A stretch of DNA of 64,000 nucleotides from a virus (IMGVR_UViG_3300021512_000003:17889-81888), one strand, 5' to 3'. Counted from the stretch's first letter, positions 20,697 through 31,018 are shown. A program made the numbers and translations. The notes: generated by a model from the letters alone, not told the origin.

Positions 20697-21872
20697 ATGA
20701 CAACAATACAAATATCAGGGTTCCCTTCTGCCACTACATTGGCTGATGCTGACATTACACATATTAAGCAAGGGACTACAGACAAGAAGGCTACAATGGC
20801 ACAGATTAAGACTGCTGCTGCTGTTGCTGTAAAGGAAGAAGGCTCTACTGTTGTAGCACAGCCAAAAGCTATTAACTTTTCTGGTGAAGGTGTGTCTGTA
20901 ACAGACGATAGTGGGGTAGCTGATGTTGCTATTATAGCAGGGTCTAGTGAAGACAACCTCATTATTAATGGGAACTTTGATATATGGCAGAGAGGTACTT
21001 CGTTTACTTATACCAACAGCTTCGCTCCTTCTTATGCAGATAGATGGAGAGTGCAAGGTACAGGGGGAGGAACAGTATCTCGTCAAAATCATGTACTCGG
21101 TCAAACAGATGTCCCAGGAGAGCCTGCTCACTTCCTCAGAACAACAGGGGGGAGTGGCGCTATTAGTGTGATACAGCTTGTAGAGGGCGCCCGGTCTCTG
21201 GCAGGTCGGACAATAACAGTAAGCTTTTACTTAAGGACGGCATCTGCGACTTCGGTAAGAACACAAGTCATTCAGAGGTTTGGAATTGGTGGAAGTGGTG
21301 ATGTCACACAAGCTGCCAGTTTTGAATCTGCAACCGTAGGGGCTTTCGCTAAACACTCATTCACATATACCACGGCAGGACTCTCAGGAAAAACGATAGG
21401 TACAGGTAGCCACACGTATATAAGCATAGAGAGTAACAGCACTCCAAACAACTTTGACATATCTCAAGTAAAAGTAGAGATAGGCGACACAGCCACTCCA
21501 TTCAAACGCAGACACCCCTCAGAAGAGTTAGCCCTTTGCCAGAGGTACTACCAGAAAACATACGAGCTTGATGTCTTCCCAGGAGACACTTCTGAAAACA
21601 AAGAGGGGGCTTTCTTTGGTGTAGTTGTTGGTGGGGCTTCCACTATTGGTTCTTATCATGGCCCAGTTAGGATGAGGGACACACCATCTGTCACTTTCTA
21701 CTCTGCAAGGACAGGAGGGGCTTCTGGGACATTCTGGGACGTCCTTTCTAATACTGACAAGGCTGTTACAGCTGTTGCTTCAGGGGAGACTGGTACAGGT
21801 GTTAATCTGAATGTTGCTGCTAGCACTACAACCACAATGGGCGGTCACATTGTCTTAGACGCAGAGCTATAA
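20697..21872 (+). CDS. tail fibre or receptor-binding protein
   Basis: NLIINGNFDIWQRG, YADRW and ATPF..R...EELALCQRYY motifs. Confidence 0.8.
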   Translation: MTTIQISGFPSATTLADADITHIKQGTTDKKATMAQIKTAAAVAVKEEGSTVVAQPKAINFSGEGVSVTDDSGVADVAIIAGSSEDNLIINGNFDIWQRGTSFTYTNSFAPSYADRWRVQGTGGGTVSRQNHVLGQTDVPGEPAHFLRTTGGSGAISVIQLVEGARSLAGRTITVSFYLRTASATSVRTQVIQRFGIGGSGDVTQAASFESATVGAFAKHSFTYTTAGLSGKTIGTGSHTYISIESNSTPNNFDISQVKVEIGDTATPFKRRHPSEELALCQRYYQKTYELDVFPGDTSENKEGAFFGVVVGGASTIGSYHGPVRMRDTPSVTFYSARTGGASGTFWDVLSNTDKAVTAVASGETGTGVNLNVAASTTTTMGGHIVLDAEL

Positions 21873-21886
21873 GGAGCAATAGACTA

Positions 21887-22225
21887 ATGCCAGCAGCAGA
21901 GACTGGAGCTATAACCCTGTCTTGGTCTTTACTTCTCAAATATGTATGGGCACCTTTTATTGGACTTCTGATATGGTTTGGTAAAAGCTTATATGTAAGT
22001 GATAAAGAAAAGACTACTGAGATAATAGAACTACAGGGGAAGGTTAAAGCCTTAGAGGAACACTCTATTAGTGAAGAGCGGATCAGGGTCTTAATAAAAG
22101 AAGCTATGACCCCTTTGTACGAGGATATGTCAGAAGTCAGTTCCAGCATAAAGGCACTGGCAGAGACAGTGGTTCAGCTACGGATAGATCTTGCTAGGGC
22201 AAATGCCTTAAAGGACGGTGTGTAG
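21887..22225 (+). CDS. putative holin or antiholin (one TM helix plus coiled coil)
   Basis: N-terminal hydrophobic helix; first gene of the lysis cluster. Confidence 0.5.
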   Translation: MPAAETGAITLSWSLLLKYVWAPFIGLLIWFGKSLYVSDKEKTTEIIELQGKVKALEEHSISEERIRVLIKEAMTPLYEDMSEVSSSIKALAETVVQLRIDLARANALKDGV

Positions 22226-22695
22226 TGGAGGTAATTAGGAGGTCTTTGAAAGAGGCGTGTTCTAGTAAGGTGGTGTTAGTTAATGATGACGAGGGGGTGC
22301 TAACTAAAACCCTCTCGGCAGAGGGGATTAATACAGTGTTAGTGGGAGGAACACCGAAGTCTATTAGGGGTGTTCTTGGAAAGGTGAAGCCTAACCTAGT
22401 TATCGTAAATGTGGATGGTTGTATAGAGTATGGGAAACACATCTGTAAGGACATAAAAGAAGACAAGACGTTTAGGAATATCCCTGTAATCTTTGTCTCA
22501 TCTAATGAGAAACCAGAGGACAGAAGAGATGCATTCCTCTTTGGCTGTTTAGATTACATAGAGAAGCCCTACGAGGACGATAGGCTCTTAGCTAAGGTTA
22601 GGTCTTACATTAGCTTAGGAAGTGTTGAGCGAAGTATTAAGAGCCTTCTCGTCCACCTAGAGAGTAGGTGCTATTGTAGTGAGAAGGTGGCATGA
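22225..22695 (+). CDS. CheY-like receiver-domain protein (pseudo-receiver)
   Basis: VVLVNDD, PNLVIVNV, IPVIFVSS and GCLDYIEKPY; the phospho-acceptor Asp position appears to be Asn. Confidence 0.8.
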   Translation: MEVIRRSLKEACSSKVVLVNDDEGVLTKTLSAEGINTVLVGGTPKSIRGVLGKVKPNLVIVNVDGCIEYGKHICKDIKEDKTFRNIPVIFVSSNEKPEDRRDAFLFGCLDYIEKPYEDDRLLAKVRSYISLGSVERSIKSLLVHLESRCYCSEKVA

Positions 22696-22943
22696 TGGTG
22701 AAGCCAGATGAGAAGGATGCAATGAAGATTAGAAGACATATTGCACTAACTTCTTTTTATAGTTTGCTAGCAACATTATTCATTTGCCTGCTTACTGCAC
22801 TGTACGGGGATGAAACTTCAGCAAAGAACATAGCAACAATGGCTATAGTACTCAGCCCTATAATTATCAGCCTCACAGGATTAATCGCTGGGTATAAGTG
22901 GCAGTGTGTTCAAGGGGGGAAGAAGGATGTTGGGACTCAGTAA
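22692..22943 (+). CDS. putative holin (two TM helices)
   Basis: Two hydrophobic helices; directly upstream of the spanins. Confidence 0.55.
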   Translation: MMVKPDEKDAMKIRRHIALTSFYSLLATLFICLLTALYGDETSAKNIATMAIVLSPIIISLTGLIAGYKWQCVQGGKKDVGTQ

Positions 22944-23352
22944 GCTGAAAATGATGGTGGTAGGTGTCTTTGTATTTGCCTTGTTGAGCTTGCTTGTAAC
23001 AACTAAAGTGGTCTGGAGTAAGTATCAGAAGCAGGTTGGTATATCTAACAACCTTAGATCACAAGTAGAGCAAACTGTCTCCATCAACCAGACACTTGCA
23101 AACACAATAGCTGAATTAAAAAGACAACAGATTAAGACAGAGGGGATTCTTGCACTAAGAGAGAGAAGAAAGGAAAAAGTAGAGGAAGAACTTCTAAGAA
23201 AGGTAGTAAAAATAAAGGAGGAGAGGGATGCGTGTCTTGATATGCCTGTTCCTGTTAGCATTCTTAACAGCTTGTACACCAACACAGATAGTGAGGGAGG
23301 TAGATATAGTAGAGAGGAAACCCCCAGCACAACTACTGGAGGCTTGCCCTGA
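22927..23352 (+). CDS. i-spanin (Rz-like)
   Basis: N-terminal TM, coiled coil, C-terminal CLDMPVP. Confidence 0.75.
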   Translation: MLGLSKLKMMVVGVFVFALLSLLVTTKVVWSKYQKQVGISNNLRSQVEQTVSINQTLANTIAELKRQQIKTEGILALRERRKEKVEEELLRKVVKIKEERDACLDMPVPVSILNSLYTNTDSEGGRYSREETPSTTTGGLP

Positions 23353-23479
23353 GCCTTCTTTTAGTGGGAGCACTTACAGAGATGTCCTCGTACTGACAGC
23401 TGAGCTACAAGCTGCACTAGAAGACTGTGACTCTAAGCTTTTCTCTATAAGAGAGTTTTACGGAAAAACTCTGAAGTAA
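23228..23479 (+). CDS. o-spanin (Rz1-like lipoprotein)
   Basis: Lipobox LTAC, PPAQLLEACPEP; overlaps the i-spanin in another frame. Confidence 0.85.
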   Translation: MRVLICLFLLAFLTACTPTQIVREVDIVERKPPAQLLEACPEPSFSGSTYRDVLVLTAELQAALEDCDSKLFSIREFYGKTLK

Positions 23480-23483
23480 ACCC

Positions 23484-23969
23484 TTAACAGAAAACCCCTC
23501 CTTGGAGCTTTCTTAGCTCCCGCTCGAATGATGGGTCACTCCTGTTTCGTAGTTGAGCTTCTTCTGAGGCTACCCTCCTCCCCTCTACGACTTTAGTGAC
23601 CCATCCCTTATCTACTCGCTCTTGCCCATACAAATAAGCCCCGAATACAATATCCCCACCAGCACCCCTATGTAAACCTATGTCAAGTCTCCAAGGATAC
23701 ACCTTGGTATCCAGACCCATATCCCAGAGTAAGGCTCGCCTCTTCTCTTCGGGCATACTGCCCCACCCACCCTCAACTACTACTCTGTCCAACTCCTCAA
23801 CACCTTTTAGTGGGTAGTTCAGTCTTAGTGTGATAGGGTCTTCCTCCTTTCTGTACTCTCTGTCTGCTTCCATCTTCTGTATTACAAGGTCTTGGGCTTC
23901 TTTCTTTGAATACCCTGAATCCAAAAGATTATAGAAAACCTCTTCAAAGTTTACCTGCCAATCCTCCAT
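23484..23969 (-). CDS. hypothetical phage protein
   Basis: 161-aa ORF; last gene of the leftward operon. Confidence 0.6.
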   Translation of the reverse strand: MEDWQVNFEEVFYNLLDSGYSKKEAQDLVIQKMEADREYRKEEDPITLRLNYPLKGVEELDRVVVEGGWGSMPEEKRRALLWDMGLDTKVYPWRLDIGLHRGAGGDIVFGAYLYGQERVDKGWVTKVVEGRRVASEEAQLRNRSDPSFERELRKLQGGVFC

Positions 23970-24076
23970 TACCCAACCCCTCTTTGCTTATGAAGAATGC
24001 TCATCATCGTCCCCTGTTGGCATAAACTTGTATACAAGGACACAGATGATAAGTGTTACAACACCAATTATAAAAT

Positions 24077-24664
24077 TCACTCAAACCCCTCTTTACATAT
24101 CTTCTCATCTATGTACTCTGGATACTCCACATTACACAGCAACCACTCAACAAAATCCTGCCACTCAGTAAGCCTGTGATCTTGTCTTTGACTCACTATG
24201 TTCTGAAGAGCTTTGTAGTTTGTACAGACCAACCTCTCCTGTAGCCACCCCTCTGGTAAGTTTTTCTTGATTCGGTTAATATCCTTTTTATCTTTCCTGA
24301 TCACCTCGTTCAGATTATCAATAGCAGCTAGTGTTGTACCTTTATCGAAGTCAAGACAGGTAGTAAGCCTTTTGTTCAATGTGTGGAGGGTGCTGGAGCT
24401 TTGCTTAGTCACCCCTGCACGATAGGTGTCAAACTCTGACCAGAAGTCTCTTGAGCTTTGTATGAAGATCCACACCTGTATAGACTCAAGAAACTTATTA
24501 TGACCACCTCCCTTATGTGCTAGCTTAGAGGCTCTCTTTTTAGCCCTGCTGTACCTCTCTTCAGTCCAGAAGTCTGTTAGTAGGATGTTGTGGTCATAGT
24601 ATGACAAACTCATACCAAGTAATGCCTGCTCATGGCCAGCTTCTTTTAACATAGAACAAATCAA
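24077..24664 (-). CDS. ThyX-like flavin-dependent thymidylate synthase homolog
   Basis: GHNKFLE and FWSEFDTYR..VTKQSSST resemble a divergent RHRx7S; LPEG and NY..L....QR..H.L.EW. Confidence 0.6.
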   Translation of the reverse strand: MICSMLKEAGHEQALLGMSLSYYDHNILLTDFWTEERYSRAKKRASKLAHKGGGHNKFLESIQVWIFIQSSRDFWSEFDTYRAGVTKQSSSTLHTLNKRLTTCLDFDKGTTLAAIDNLNEVIRKDKKDINRIKKNLPEGWLQERLVCTNYKALQNIVSQRQDHRLTEWQDFVEWLLCNVEYPEYIDEKICKEGFE

Positions 24665-25221
24665 GATTTAACCTCTGTCTCAAGAGCTTTAATAATCTGT
24701 GGTAGGGAACACCACTCCCTGAAAGAATGGACTACACAGGACAAAGGGACATCTTGCCTAAACCCAGTCTCGAATCTGAGCTTAGGGGTTTCTGCTGGAA
24801 GGGAGTTTAGGAATACGTTCCTATCGTCTATTGCTATATCACAAGAAACAGCATACTTCTCCTTTGTAGCTGCAAACCCCTCCATGAAAGGAAAATACCT
24901 GTCAAGAAACCTGTACTTGCTCCTGAAGTGATTGCCTTTACAGTGAGATGCAAAGAATATGTTATACTCTTCACTTAAATCTCTCAGAGCTTCAACAGAG
25001 CCTTTTATAGGCACACCCATGTCATACAATCCCTCATTCCTCCAGAAGTCCATAGGGTCTGTTGTTTGTGGGAAGTAGGTAGATAAGTCGTAGTCTACAA
25101 GACCTCGTTCTGGGTACTCCTTTTCTACCTTTGTCTGAAGCTCAAGCCACCTCCACCAAGTTCGAGATAAATCTACAACAGTGAGGTCAACGTCTACAAG
25201 TATTCTCTTCTTAACTGACAT
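24661..25221 (-). CDS. HAD-family 5'(3')-deoxyribonucleotidase
   Basis: ILVDVDLTVVD (DxD) and IAIDDR motifs. Confidence 0.8.
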   Translation of the reverse strand: MSVKKRILVDVDLTVVDLSRTWWRWLELQTKVEKEYPERGLVDYDLSTYFPQTTDPMDFWRNEGLYDMGVPIKGSVEALRDLSEEYNIFFASHCKGNHFRSKYRFLDRYFPFMEGFAATKEKYAVSCDIAIDDRNVFLNSLPAETPKLRFETGFRQDVPLSCVVHSFREWCSLPQIIKALETEVKS

Positions 25222-25882
25222 AGAAATCCTCCGCTAAGTCCATCATCTTCTGTAAGTACTCTTTCTCTGTCCCTGTATTATACACGTCTACTGTGTTCTT
25301 TACAACACCTTCCCTAATATACCCCCTACTGTCTCCTGTAAACTCACCTCTACCTCTTACACGGACTAGGAGAATATCTTCATGCCTCAGTCTCTTGAGT
25401 AATGGGTATATCTCTTCCTCAAAACCTGTAGAGTCATCTATATACCAGTGCTTACTTTGAAGGCTGTTCGCTCTTGTGTCCCCAAAATAAGCTTTACCGA
25501 AAGAAGGCTTTACAATAATCTCAGAAACGTATATCAAAGCTTCTCTAACAGAGAGGTGGATAAAGTCTCTGTCTTGTTTATCAGCTAACCTCTCTCCAGA
25601 ATCCTTTCCTAAGAACGCCATTAGTTTCTTAAAAGCTTGTGTGGTTATGGTAAACTCAGGAACTGGTGTCTCCTTCGTATCCCTCTCATTATACAACGTG
25701 TCAAACTCTTTCTTAGAGAGGCAGAATAACTCTCGTGTAAGAACTATAAGCTTGTCCTTACAACGACAGTCTCTTATGTTGTACCACCTCTGAAGGAAGT
25801 CTACGAAGAAGGTCTTCCCACAGAGACGTGGCCCATTCAGTAAGAGTATCTTACTTGTTAAGAAGCCACTCTGCTCACTCAC
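25211..25882 (-). CDS. dNMP kinase-like P-loop protein
   Basis: LLNGPRLCGKT; REALIYVSE..KP.FG; DSRGY. Confidence 0.7.
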   Translation of the reverse strand: MSEQSGFLTSKILLLNGPRLCGKTFFVDFLQRWYNIRDCRCKDKLIVLTRELFCLSKKEFDTLYNERDTKETPVPEFTITTQAFKKLMAFLGKDSGERLADKQDRDFIHLSVREALIYVSEIIVKPSFGKAYFGDTRANSLQSKHWYIDDSTGFEEEIYPLLKRLRHEDILLVRVRGRGEFTGDSRGYIREGVVKNTVDVYNTGTEKEYLQKMMDLAEDFYVS

Positions 25883-26093
25883 TCGCTACACCGAAGTCCT
25901 TAGACCTTGTGAAAGAGCCTTTATACTCGAACAACACATAAGCAAGGAGACCCTGCTTAAGAACCCAAGGAGCCACCTCTTCCTCTGTAAGCTCAGGGGA
26001 ATAGCCCCTTAGCTCTGAACCTCCTAGAGAATACTTCATCTCGTACCTCACAACATAAGTACGTTCTTTTGGCTGCTGTACTTTCTCACTCAT
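25875..26093 (-). CDS. hypothetical protein
   Basis: 72 aa, tightly packed in the operon. Confidence 0.55.
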   Translation of the reverse strand: MSEKVQQPKERTYVVRYEMKYSLGGSELRGYSPELTEEEVAPWVLKQGLLAYVLFEYKGSFTRSKDFGVASE

Positions 26094-26097
26094 TTTA

Positions 26098-27168
26098 CTA
26101 CTCCTTGTTGTATTTTCTTCTCAGATAGTCGATGTCAACAAACATTGGATTGTAGCTTCCGTCTCTTACGTTGTGCTTTACGATGACACCTCGCCAGTGG
26201 TGGTTTCCTTGGTGCCCTTTGTAGTCCTCTGAGTGTGCGTAGTAGGCCCCTGCTATGACGGCCCACTGTTGCCTACCAGAAGCAGGTAAGAACCTTGTAG
26301 CTACGTCTAATGTTTGCTTGTGCCCCATTGTAAAGGATTCTCCTACGTTTTTCAAGACATTCATAGCAGTTCCTCCGTAGGGTCTTCCTGTCATTGGGTT
26401 AGCCATGTAGTGTACATAGCTGACACCATCTACTATAACAGGTTTTAGGAAATCATGCACCTCCCATCCGAACTCTTTATATTTGAGGTTGTCATAAGAG
26501 AGGAGTCCAGAGAGTTCTGGATTGGCCTCTACGTGACGCTCAATACGAGACTCATGGTTGCCCATGACAAGTATCATTGTGGGTTTATATGGCGCCCCTC
26601 CTGACGTTTTTAGAGCTTCTTGGTACTTGTGTAAGGGTTTTAAGAGAAAGCGCATACCTTCTATTGCTGCCTCTATATCCTTATTCACCCTCTTCCCTTC
26701 TGCTCTTTTCTTACCTTTGTCATAAGAGGATAGTGAGGGCATATCAGCATGATCTCCCAGGTTCACTATAACATCAGGCTTCCTCTCAACAATGTACTCT
26801 CCTAACCAAGAGAGGTATGCCATGTCTATGTCTGGTTTGCATTGAGTGTCTGGGATGACTAAGTGTGTTTTCTCTCTGGTGTCTGTAGGGTTGTGTGGTG
26901 TTGTCTCTATCCTAAAAACACCTTCTTCACTAACCACCTTCTCTTGTTTGTTCTCCGTTGTACCTACCTTCTTTGCATCATTCTCCAAATGCCACAACTG
27001 GTAAGTCTCCTTTCGGAGGAAATCTGTTACAGTACTCTTCCCTATCCCGTATGTTTGGGCAATCTCTCTTGCAAGAAGGCCACTACCATCCAACTCAAGA
27101 ACACCTAGCTTTACTGCCTCTTCTTGTAGACTACCCATCAGCACCCCCTCTGGATTTCTCTTGAACAA
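26098..27168 (-). CDS. calcineurin-like metallophosphoesterase with an N-terminal HTH
   Basis: IPDTQ, LGDHAD, GNHE and GH motifs. Confidence 0.85.
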   Translation of the reverse strand: MFKRNPEGVLMGSLQEEAVKLGVLELDGSGLLAREIAQTYGIGKSTVTDFLRKETYQLWHLENDAKKVGTTENKQEKVVSEEGVFRIETTPHNPTDTREKTHLVIPDTQCKPDIDMAYLSWLGEYIVERKPDVIVNLGDHADMPSLSSYDKGKKRAEGKRVNKDIEAAIEGMRFLLKPLHKYQEALKTSGGAPYKPTMILVMGNHESRIERHVEANPELSGLLSYDNLKYKEFGWEVHDFLKPVIVDGVSYVHYMANPMTGRPYGGTAMNVLKNVGESFTMGHKQTLDVATRFLPASGRQQWAVIAGAYYAHSEDYKGHQGNHHWRGVIVKHNVRDGSYNPMFVDIDYLRRKYNKE

Positions 27169-27694
27169 CCTTCCTCATAATATCTTTCCTCTTCTTTGCA
27201 TTAGAAGTGTCTTCACTGGAGAAGCCTTTCATCCTCAAGTATCGTTTTACAACCTCTTCCCTCTTCATAACAAGGATAACACGTTTTTCTAATCTTGCCT
27301 CTTCAAAAGATATTGTGTGCTTTTCTGAATAAGTTTTGATGTCGTGACAAGGTTTACACAAGAAGGCCAGATCGTCCTCTGTTATAAAGACTAATCCTTC
27401 AATAAAAGCTTGAAGGTCTTTGCTTGACCTTAGAGAGTGTCCTCCCTTTTTATGATCAACTTGTAAGTGTTTCGTTGCCAACTCTAGGTTACAACAAGAG
27501 CAGACACCCCCCCAAACCGTTGGGAACCTCTCACTAGGTTTTGGGTTGGTTATACGCCCTCTGTTCTTCTTAATAAATGTGAGCTTAACAGGGTGCTTCT
27601 CCCACAGCCCCCGCCTTATACCTCCTCTTAAGAAAGAGAAGAACCTACTCTCTGTAGGCCATATCTTCGGGTAATCCTCCCAAGGTTTCTTCAT
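27131..27694 (-). CDS. HNH endonuclease
   Basis: CSCC, QVDH and LCKPCHDIKT motifs. Confidence 0.8.
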   Translation of the reverse strand: MKKPWEDYPKIWPTESRFFSFLRGGIRRGLWEKHPVKLTFIKKNRGRITNPKPSERFPTVWGGVCSCCNLELATKHLQVDHKKGGHSLRSSKDLQAFIEGLVFITEDDLAFLCKPCHDIKTYSEKHTISFEEARLEKRVILVMKREEVVKRYLRMKGFSSEDTSNAKKRKDIMRKVVQEKSRGGADG

Positions 27695-28168
27695 ATCTCT
27701 CCTACCAGCACCTTACAATGAAGCTTCTTACCTCTTTAAAAAATAACACTGCTGCAGTACACACACTACTAATAAGTACTAAAGGCACAACAAGTTGTAA
27801 GAGGATGAGTACAGCAGGTCTTCTTATTCACTTTCTCTCTACTAGGTCTAATGGTGTGGTAAATTCTTCTCTTAGTGGCCTCATATACTCTCCACAAATC
27901 TTTTTATGTGTACTTAGGTAGAAAACTGCTTAACTCAATCCACCGCTATATTGATATTATGGCTTGGTTGCGAGCATGAGTGCTCCCACACAGATAGCCC
28001 AAACAACAAGTGGGTTACTTAAAGTTAAATCCACTCCAACCACTGCGCCTATCGGTAGGAGTATTGTGCAGCCGGTAAAAGCCCCCGTACAAAAAGGGTA
28101 AATCTTGTCCATAATACATCTCCTGACTCTAGGTTACTGTCTCGCCCTATAACACCTCGTGTGTTTAT

Positions 28169-29221
28169 TCACTTCCTACCTCCGGTAGTCTCAACACCAT
28201 GCTTAATGTAAAACTCTTCTACATCTAAAATATCTCCATCCCACCTACGCATTCTTGCTAGGTCGAAATATTCCTGGCTCAAGCTTATCCAGTCTCCTTC
28301 TATTTCTAAATTGTCCCATGTAGTGTAGGCTAGAGGTTCAGGATACCACTCTTTAAACTTAGCAGCAACGGCCTGTATGCACTCCCTGTCCGTCTTTAAG
28401 TCTTTTAGGTAGTGGTAGGCAGCCTTCTTCCCAAAACGCACACCAGCGAGCTTATTGGCCTTATAGTTATCCGCTGTGTCTTCACAAAGCCATTGGAAAT
28501 AAAAGAACTTCCTCCCTACTCCTTTTATGTCTTTATTTGCATTCTCTTTAAGGCCACCTAAGCCATGTACATAGAGAGGTCTTGCCATAAGAGGCACACC
28601 ACTAGAGTCCTTTCTGAAGTCAAATACCCACCCCTCATTACCAAAAGCATCCTTATCGAAAGTGGCAGCTATATACTTCTTATCTTTACTACCCTCACCT
28701 ACCCTCCGTCCCTTCCACTGCCAGTAATTTAGAACATCGTCTGCTTCTACGTCTGTAATCACCTTTGCTTTGTGGTATAACACCATATAATCTTTTACAG
28801 CTTGCAAGTTGAGAGGTTTCTGCTTTCCTAGCCTGTTCCCCTTATACTGCTGTACCGTAGCAAGGTGGTGCCGGAATGTCAACCCCTCATCTAAGTACAC
28901 CTCATATGCAGAAGCATCACAAGCTTTAAGAATGTAGCTTAATATGCTCTTAACATTCTTATATGCCTGTTCTACAGGGGGAGCTTCTATCTTATCCTCT
29001 ATCTCGAAATCTGTGATATGGAAAGGAAGTAGCCTAGCCTCTGTTCTTGTCACGTTTGTCTCTGTAATAAACTCCTTAAAGGCTGTCCTGTGAGCAAAGG
29101 GTTTAGCCTTCCCTGTCTTCCTGTGTGTTACAACTATGGTTCTCTTTTCTCCAGCAGCAGAAGCTCTGAAGGCAAGAAGACTACCATCTATTGCTACGAA
29201 GTTACCCATCAGTGTCACCAC
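28169..29221 (-). CDS. 5'-3' exonuclease (T7 gp6 / FEN-like)
   Basis: IDG, YKGNR, EADD, DKD and DTADNY motifs. Confidence 0.85.
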   Translation of the reverse strand: MVTLMGNFVAIDGSLLAFRASAAGEKRTIVVTHRKTGKAKPFAHRTAFKEFITETNVTRTEARLLPFHITDFEIEDKIEAPPVEQAYKNVKSILSYILKACDASAYEVYLDEGLTFRHHLATVQQYKGNRLGKQKPLNLQAVKDYMVLYHKAKVITDVEADDVLNYWQWKGRRVGEGSKDKKYIAATFDKDAFGNEGWVFDFRKDSSGVPLMARPLYVHGLGGLKENANKDIKGVGRKFFYFQWLCEDTADNYKANKLAGVRFGKKAAYHYLKDLKTDRECIQAVAAKFKEWYPEPLAYTTWDNLEIEGDWISLSQEYFDLARMRRWDGDILDVEEFYIKHGVETTGGRK

Positions 29222-29510
29222 CTATGAACTTGTCAACCATAATCTCATCAAACAAGTCATTGAAAGACTCTTCCCCGTGATCTCCAGAATAAAGCCACTC
29301 AACTTCTTTTGCTAGTCTCCCTGCTAAACCAATGATCTGAAGAGATGTCTTTAACCTAGAGATTGTAGGTTCTTCGAACCTATTTCCCAGTGTATCTCCC
29401 CAATCATCTACTGTTGTGTCATCGTTTGCTTGGATCTCCCGGTCTAACTCCTCAGCAAACAAAACAATCTCAAAGCACTTATATTCAAAATGTCCACCGC
29501 TCATACACAC
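29202..29510 (-). CDS. hypothetical phage protein
   Basis: MSGGHFEY...VEWLYSGDHGEE. Confidence 0.65.
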   Translation of the reverse strand: MCMSGGHFEYKCFEIVLFAEELDREIQANDDTTVDDWGDTLGNRFEEPTISRLKTSLQIIGLAGRLAKEVEWLYSGDHGEESFNDLFDEIMVDKFIGGDTDG

Positions 29511-29559
29511 CTCGTCTCTTGTTAAGGAGGGAGAGGGAAAACCCCCTCCCTAGACACAA

Positions 29560-30408
29560 CTACCAAGGGGTGTCGGACTCTGAGTCATCTGTTGGAGGAG
29601 CTTCCTGTAGTGTTCCTGAAGAACCTTCCTCCTCTAGGACATCTTGCACCACTACCTCTTCTTTAGGTGTTGCCTTTTCCTCTAACTCTTCCCCTTTAAT
29701 GAAGGCTGAGAGAGGGACAGTGAGGGCCAACACATCTTGGACGTAAGTTTTAATTTGATCTGTGGTTAAGTCTGGATCAGCTTTCTTGGTCTTTAGTGCC
29801 ATATTAGCCTTACAAGCATTCCTTACAGCATGACCTACAGAGGCACCTACATCCCGCTTGCTCATGCCTGGATTCTTCCCCTGACACCACGCTTCGGCAG
29901 CAATACCTAGTGTGTGAAGCTCTTTAGCCAACTCTTCTACTTTAGGGTTGTCTGGTTTAAACTTATGCCCATAATACTCCAAAGCAGCATTAATTGCATG
30001 ACCAACCTTAATACCTGTTAGATCAAAAGGTGTAGCTGGAGTGTTACCTTGGCCTCCTCCTGTAGCCTCTTTTGATTCGTAAGCCTTCCCTTCTACAAGG
30101 TTCATAATAGTTAGGCCAGACTTCTTGGCGTTCTTGAAGTCTCCGTTTTGTATGTATTGGAGAAGCACCTTACTACCTGCACCAAGAATAGCATACCCCT
30201 CACCATCTAATCGCTTTACAAAGAAGTTATCTTTGTCCGTACTCCCTAAGCCATACCATGCCTCCACTCCATCAGTATCATTCTTTATTAGCATAGAGAG
30301 TCGGTGTGTGTTTGTTATGCTCTTTCCTTCCCACACAAATGTGTCAGGCTCTTTAAGTTGGTAAGCACCGCACTTCATAACTGTTCCAATTACATTCTGT
30401 AAACTCAT
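29560..30408 (-). CDS. putative single-stranded DNA-binding protein
   Basis: Beta-rich N-terminus, acidic tail ending in DTPW, replication context (inference). Confidence 0.5.
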   Translation of the reverse strand: MSLQNVIGTVMKCGAYQLKEPDTFVWEGKSITNTHRLSMLIKNDTDGVEAWYGLGSTDKDNFFVKRLDGEGYAILGAGSKVLLQYIQNGDFKNAKKSGLTIMNLVEGKAYESKEATGGGQGNTPATPFDLTGIKVGHAINAALEYYGHKFKPDNPKVEELAKELHTLGIAAEAWCQGKNPGMSKRDVGASVGHAVRNACKANMALKTKKADPDLTTDQIKTYVQDVLALTVPLSAFIKGEELEEKATPKEEVVVQDVLEEEGSSGTLQEAPPTDDSESDTPW

Positions 30409-30468
30409 AACCTTGCTCTCTCTTATGTTAGGTTTCTAAATATTTCGCTTGAATATCTCTGAGACACT

Positions 30469-30903
30469 CTATACTGCACCTTGTTTTTGCATCCACTTCT
30501 TTATTGCAGCTGGTTGTTTGATGTGTTCTGGTACTTCAAAGTTATGCGCCTTTGCATACTCCAGAAGCTCTACTTTCTTAGTAAGGGTTTCTAAAGTGGC
30601 CATGGTATCAGAACTCTCCTCTACCTGTAAAGGAGTTTCTTCCACAATAACTGCATCTTCCCCTAAAGGAGCTTCCTCTTCAGAAGCATCTACCTCGATA
30701 CCTTGTGAAACACCTTCTTCACCTTTTACAAGAGTAATACTGTAGTAGCCAGCACCATACCGCTTACCACAGAACTCATTCTTCCCACCCCTGTCTACAA
30801 AGAATCCCTCTTTGTTGGCGTCCTCTAAGGCAGTGAGGAAGTTAGTTATACCAAGGTGGTCATACCCAGCTTGTGCAGTTATCGTTTTCTTTTCAATAGT
30901 CAT
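30469..30903 (-). CDS. hypothetical phage protein
   Basis: 144 aa; C-terminal TKKVELLEYAK helical module. Confidence 0.6.
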   Translation of the reverse strand: MTIEKKTITAQAGYDHLGITNFLTALEDANKEGFFVDRGGKNEFCGKRYGAGYYSITLVKGEEGVSQGIEVDASEEEAPLGEDAVIVEETPLQVEESSDTMATLETLTKKVELLEYAKAHNFEVPEHIKQPAAIKKWMQKQGAV

Positions 30904-30961
30904 ATATATTCTCTTTTTGTTAAAATTTGTTTGTGTGGAGATAAACTTCTATCGTAATGCC

Positions 30962-31018
30962 TAACCTTTTGATTTCATCAGTATGACTTTGTGTAGTCTG
31001 TATAGTCCAGTGTTATAA
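30962..31018 (+). other. attI-like site A (IHF box plus simple site ending G/TTATAA)
   Basis: 30968-31016 is identical to 57401-57449 (49 bp); GTT at 31012 heads array 1; IHF consensus at 30962-30974. Confidence 0.7.

Noticed and set aside
16585-21872. Diversity-generating retroelement or invertible tail-fibre system
   Set aside because: No reverse transcriptase, invertase, template/variable repeat pair or inverted crossover sites were seen near the fibre genes.
516-22466. Many minus-strand ORFs in the structural region, and plus-strand ORFs within 23.5-44 kb
   Set aside because: These are antisense shadows of well-supported genes, without an RBS or recognisable motifs.
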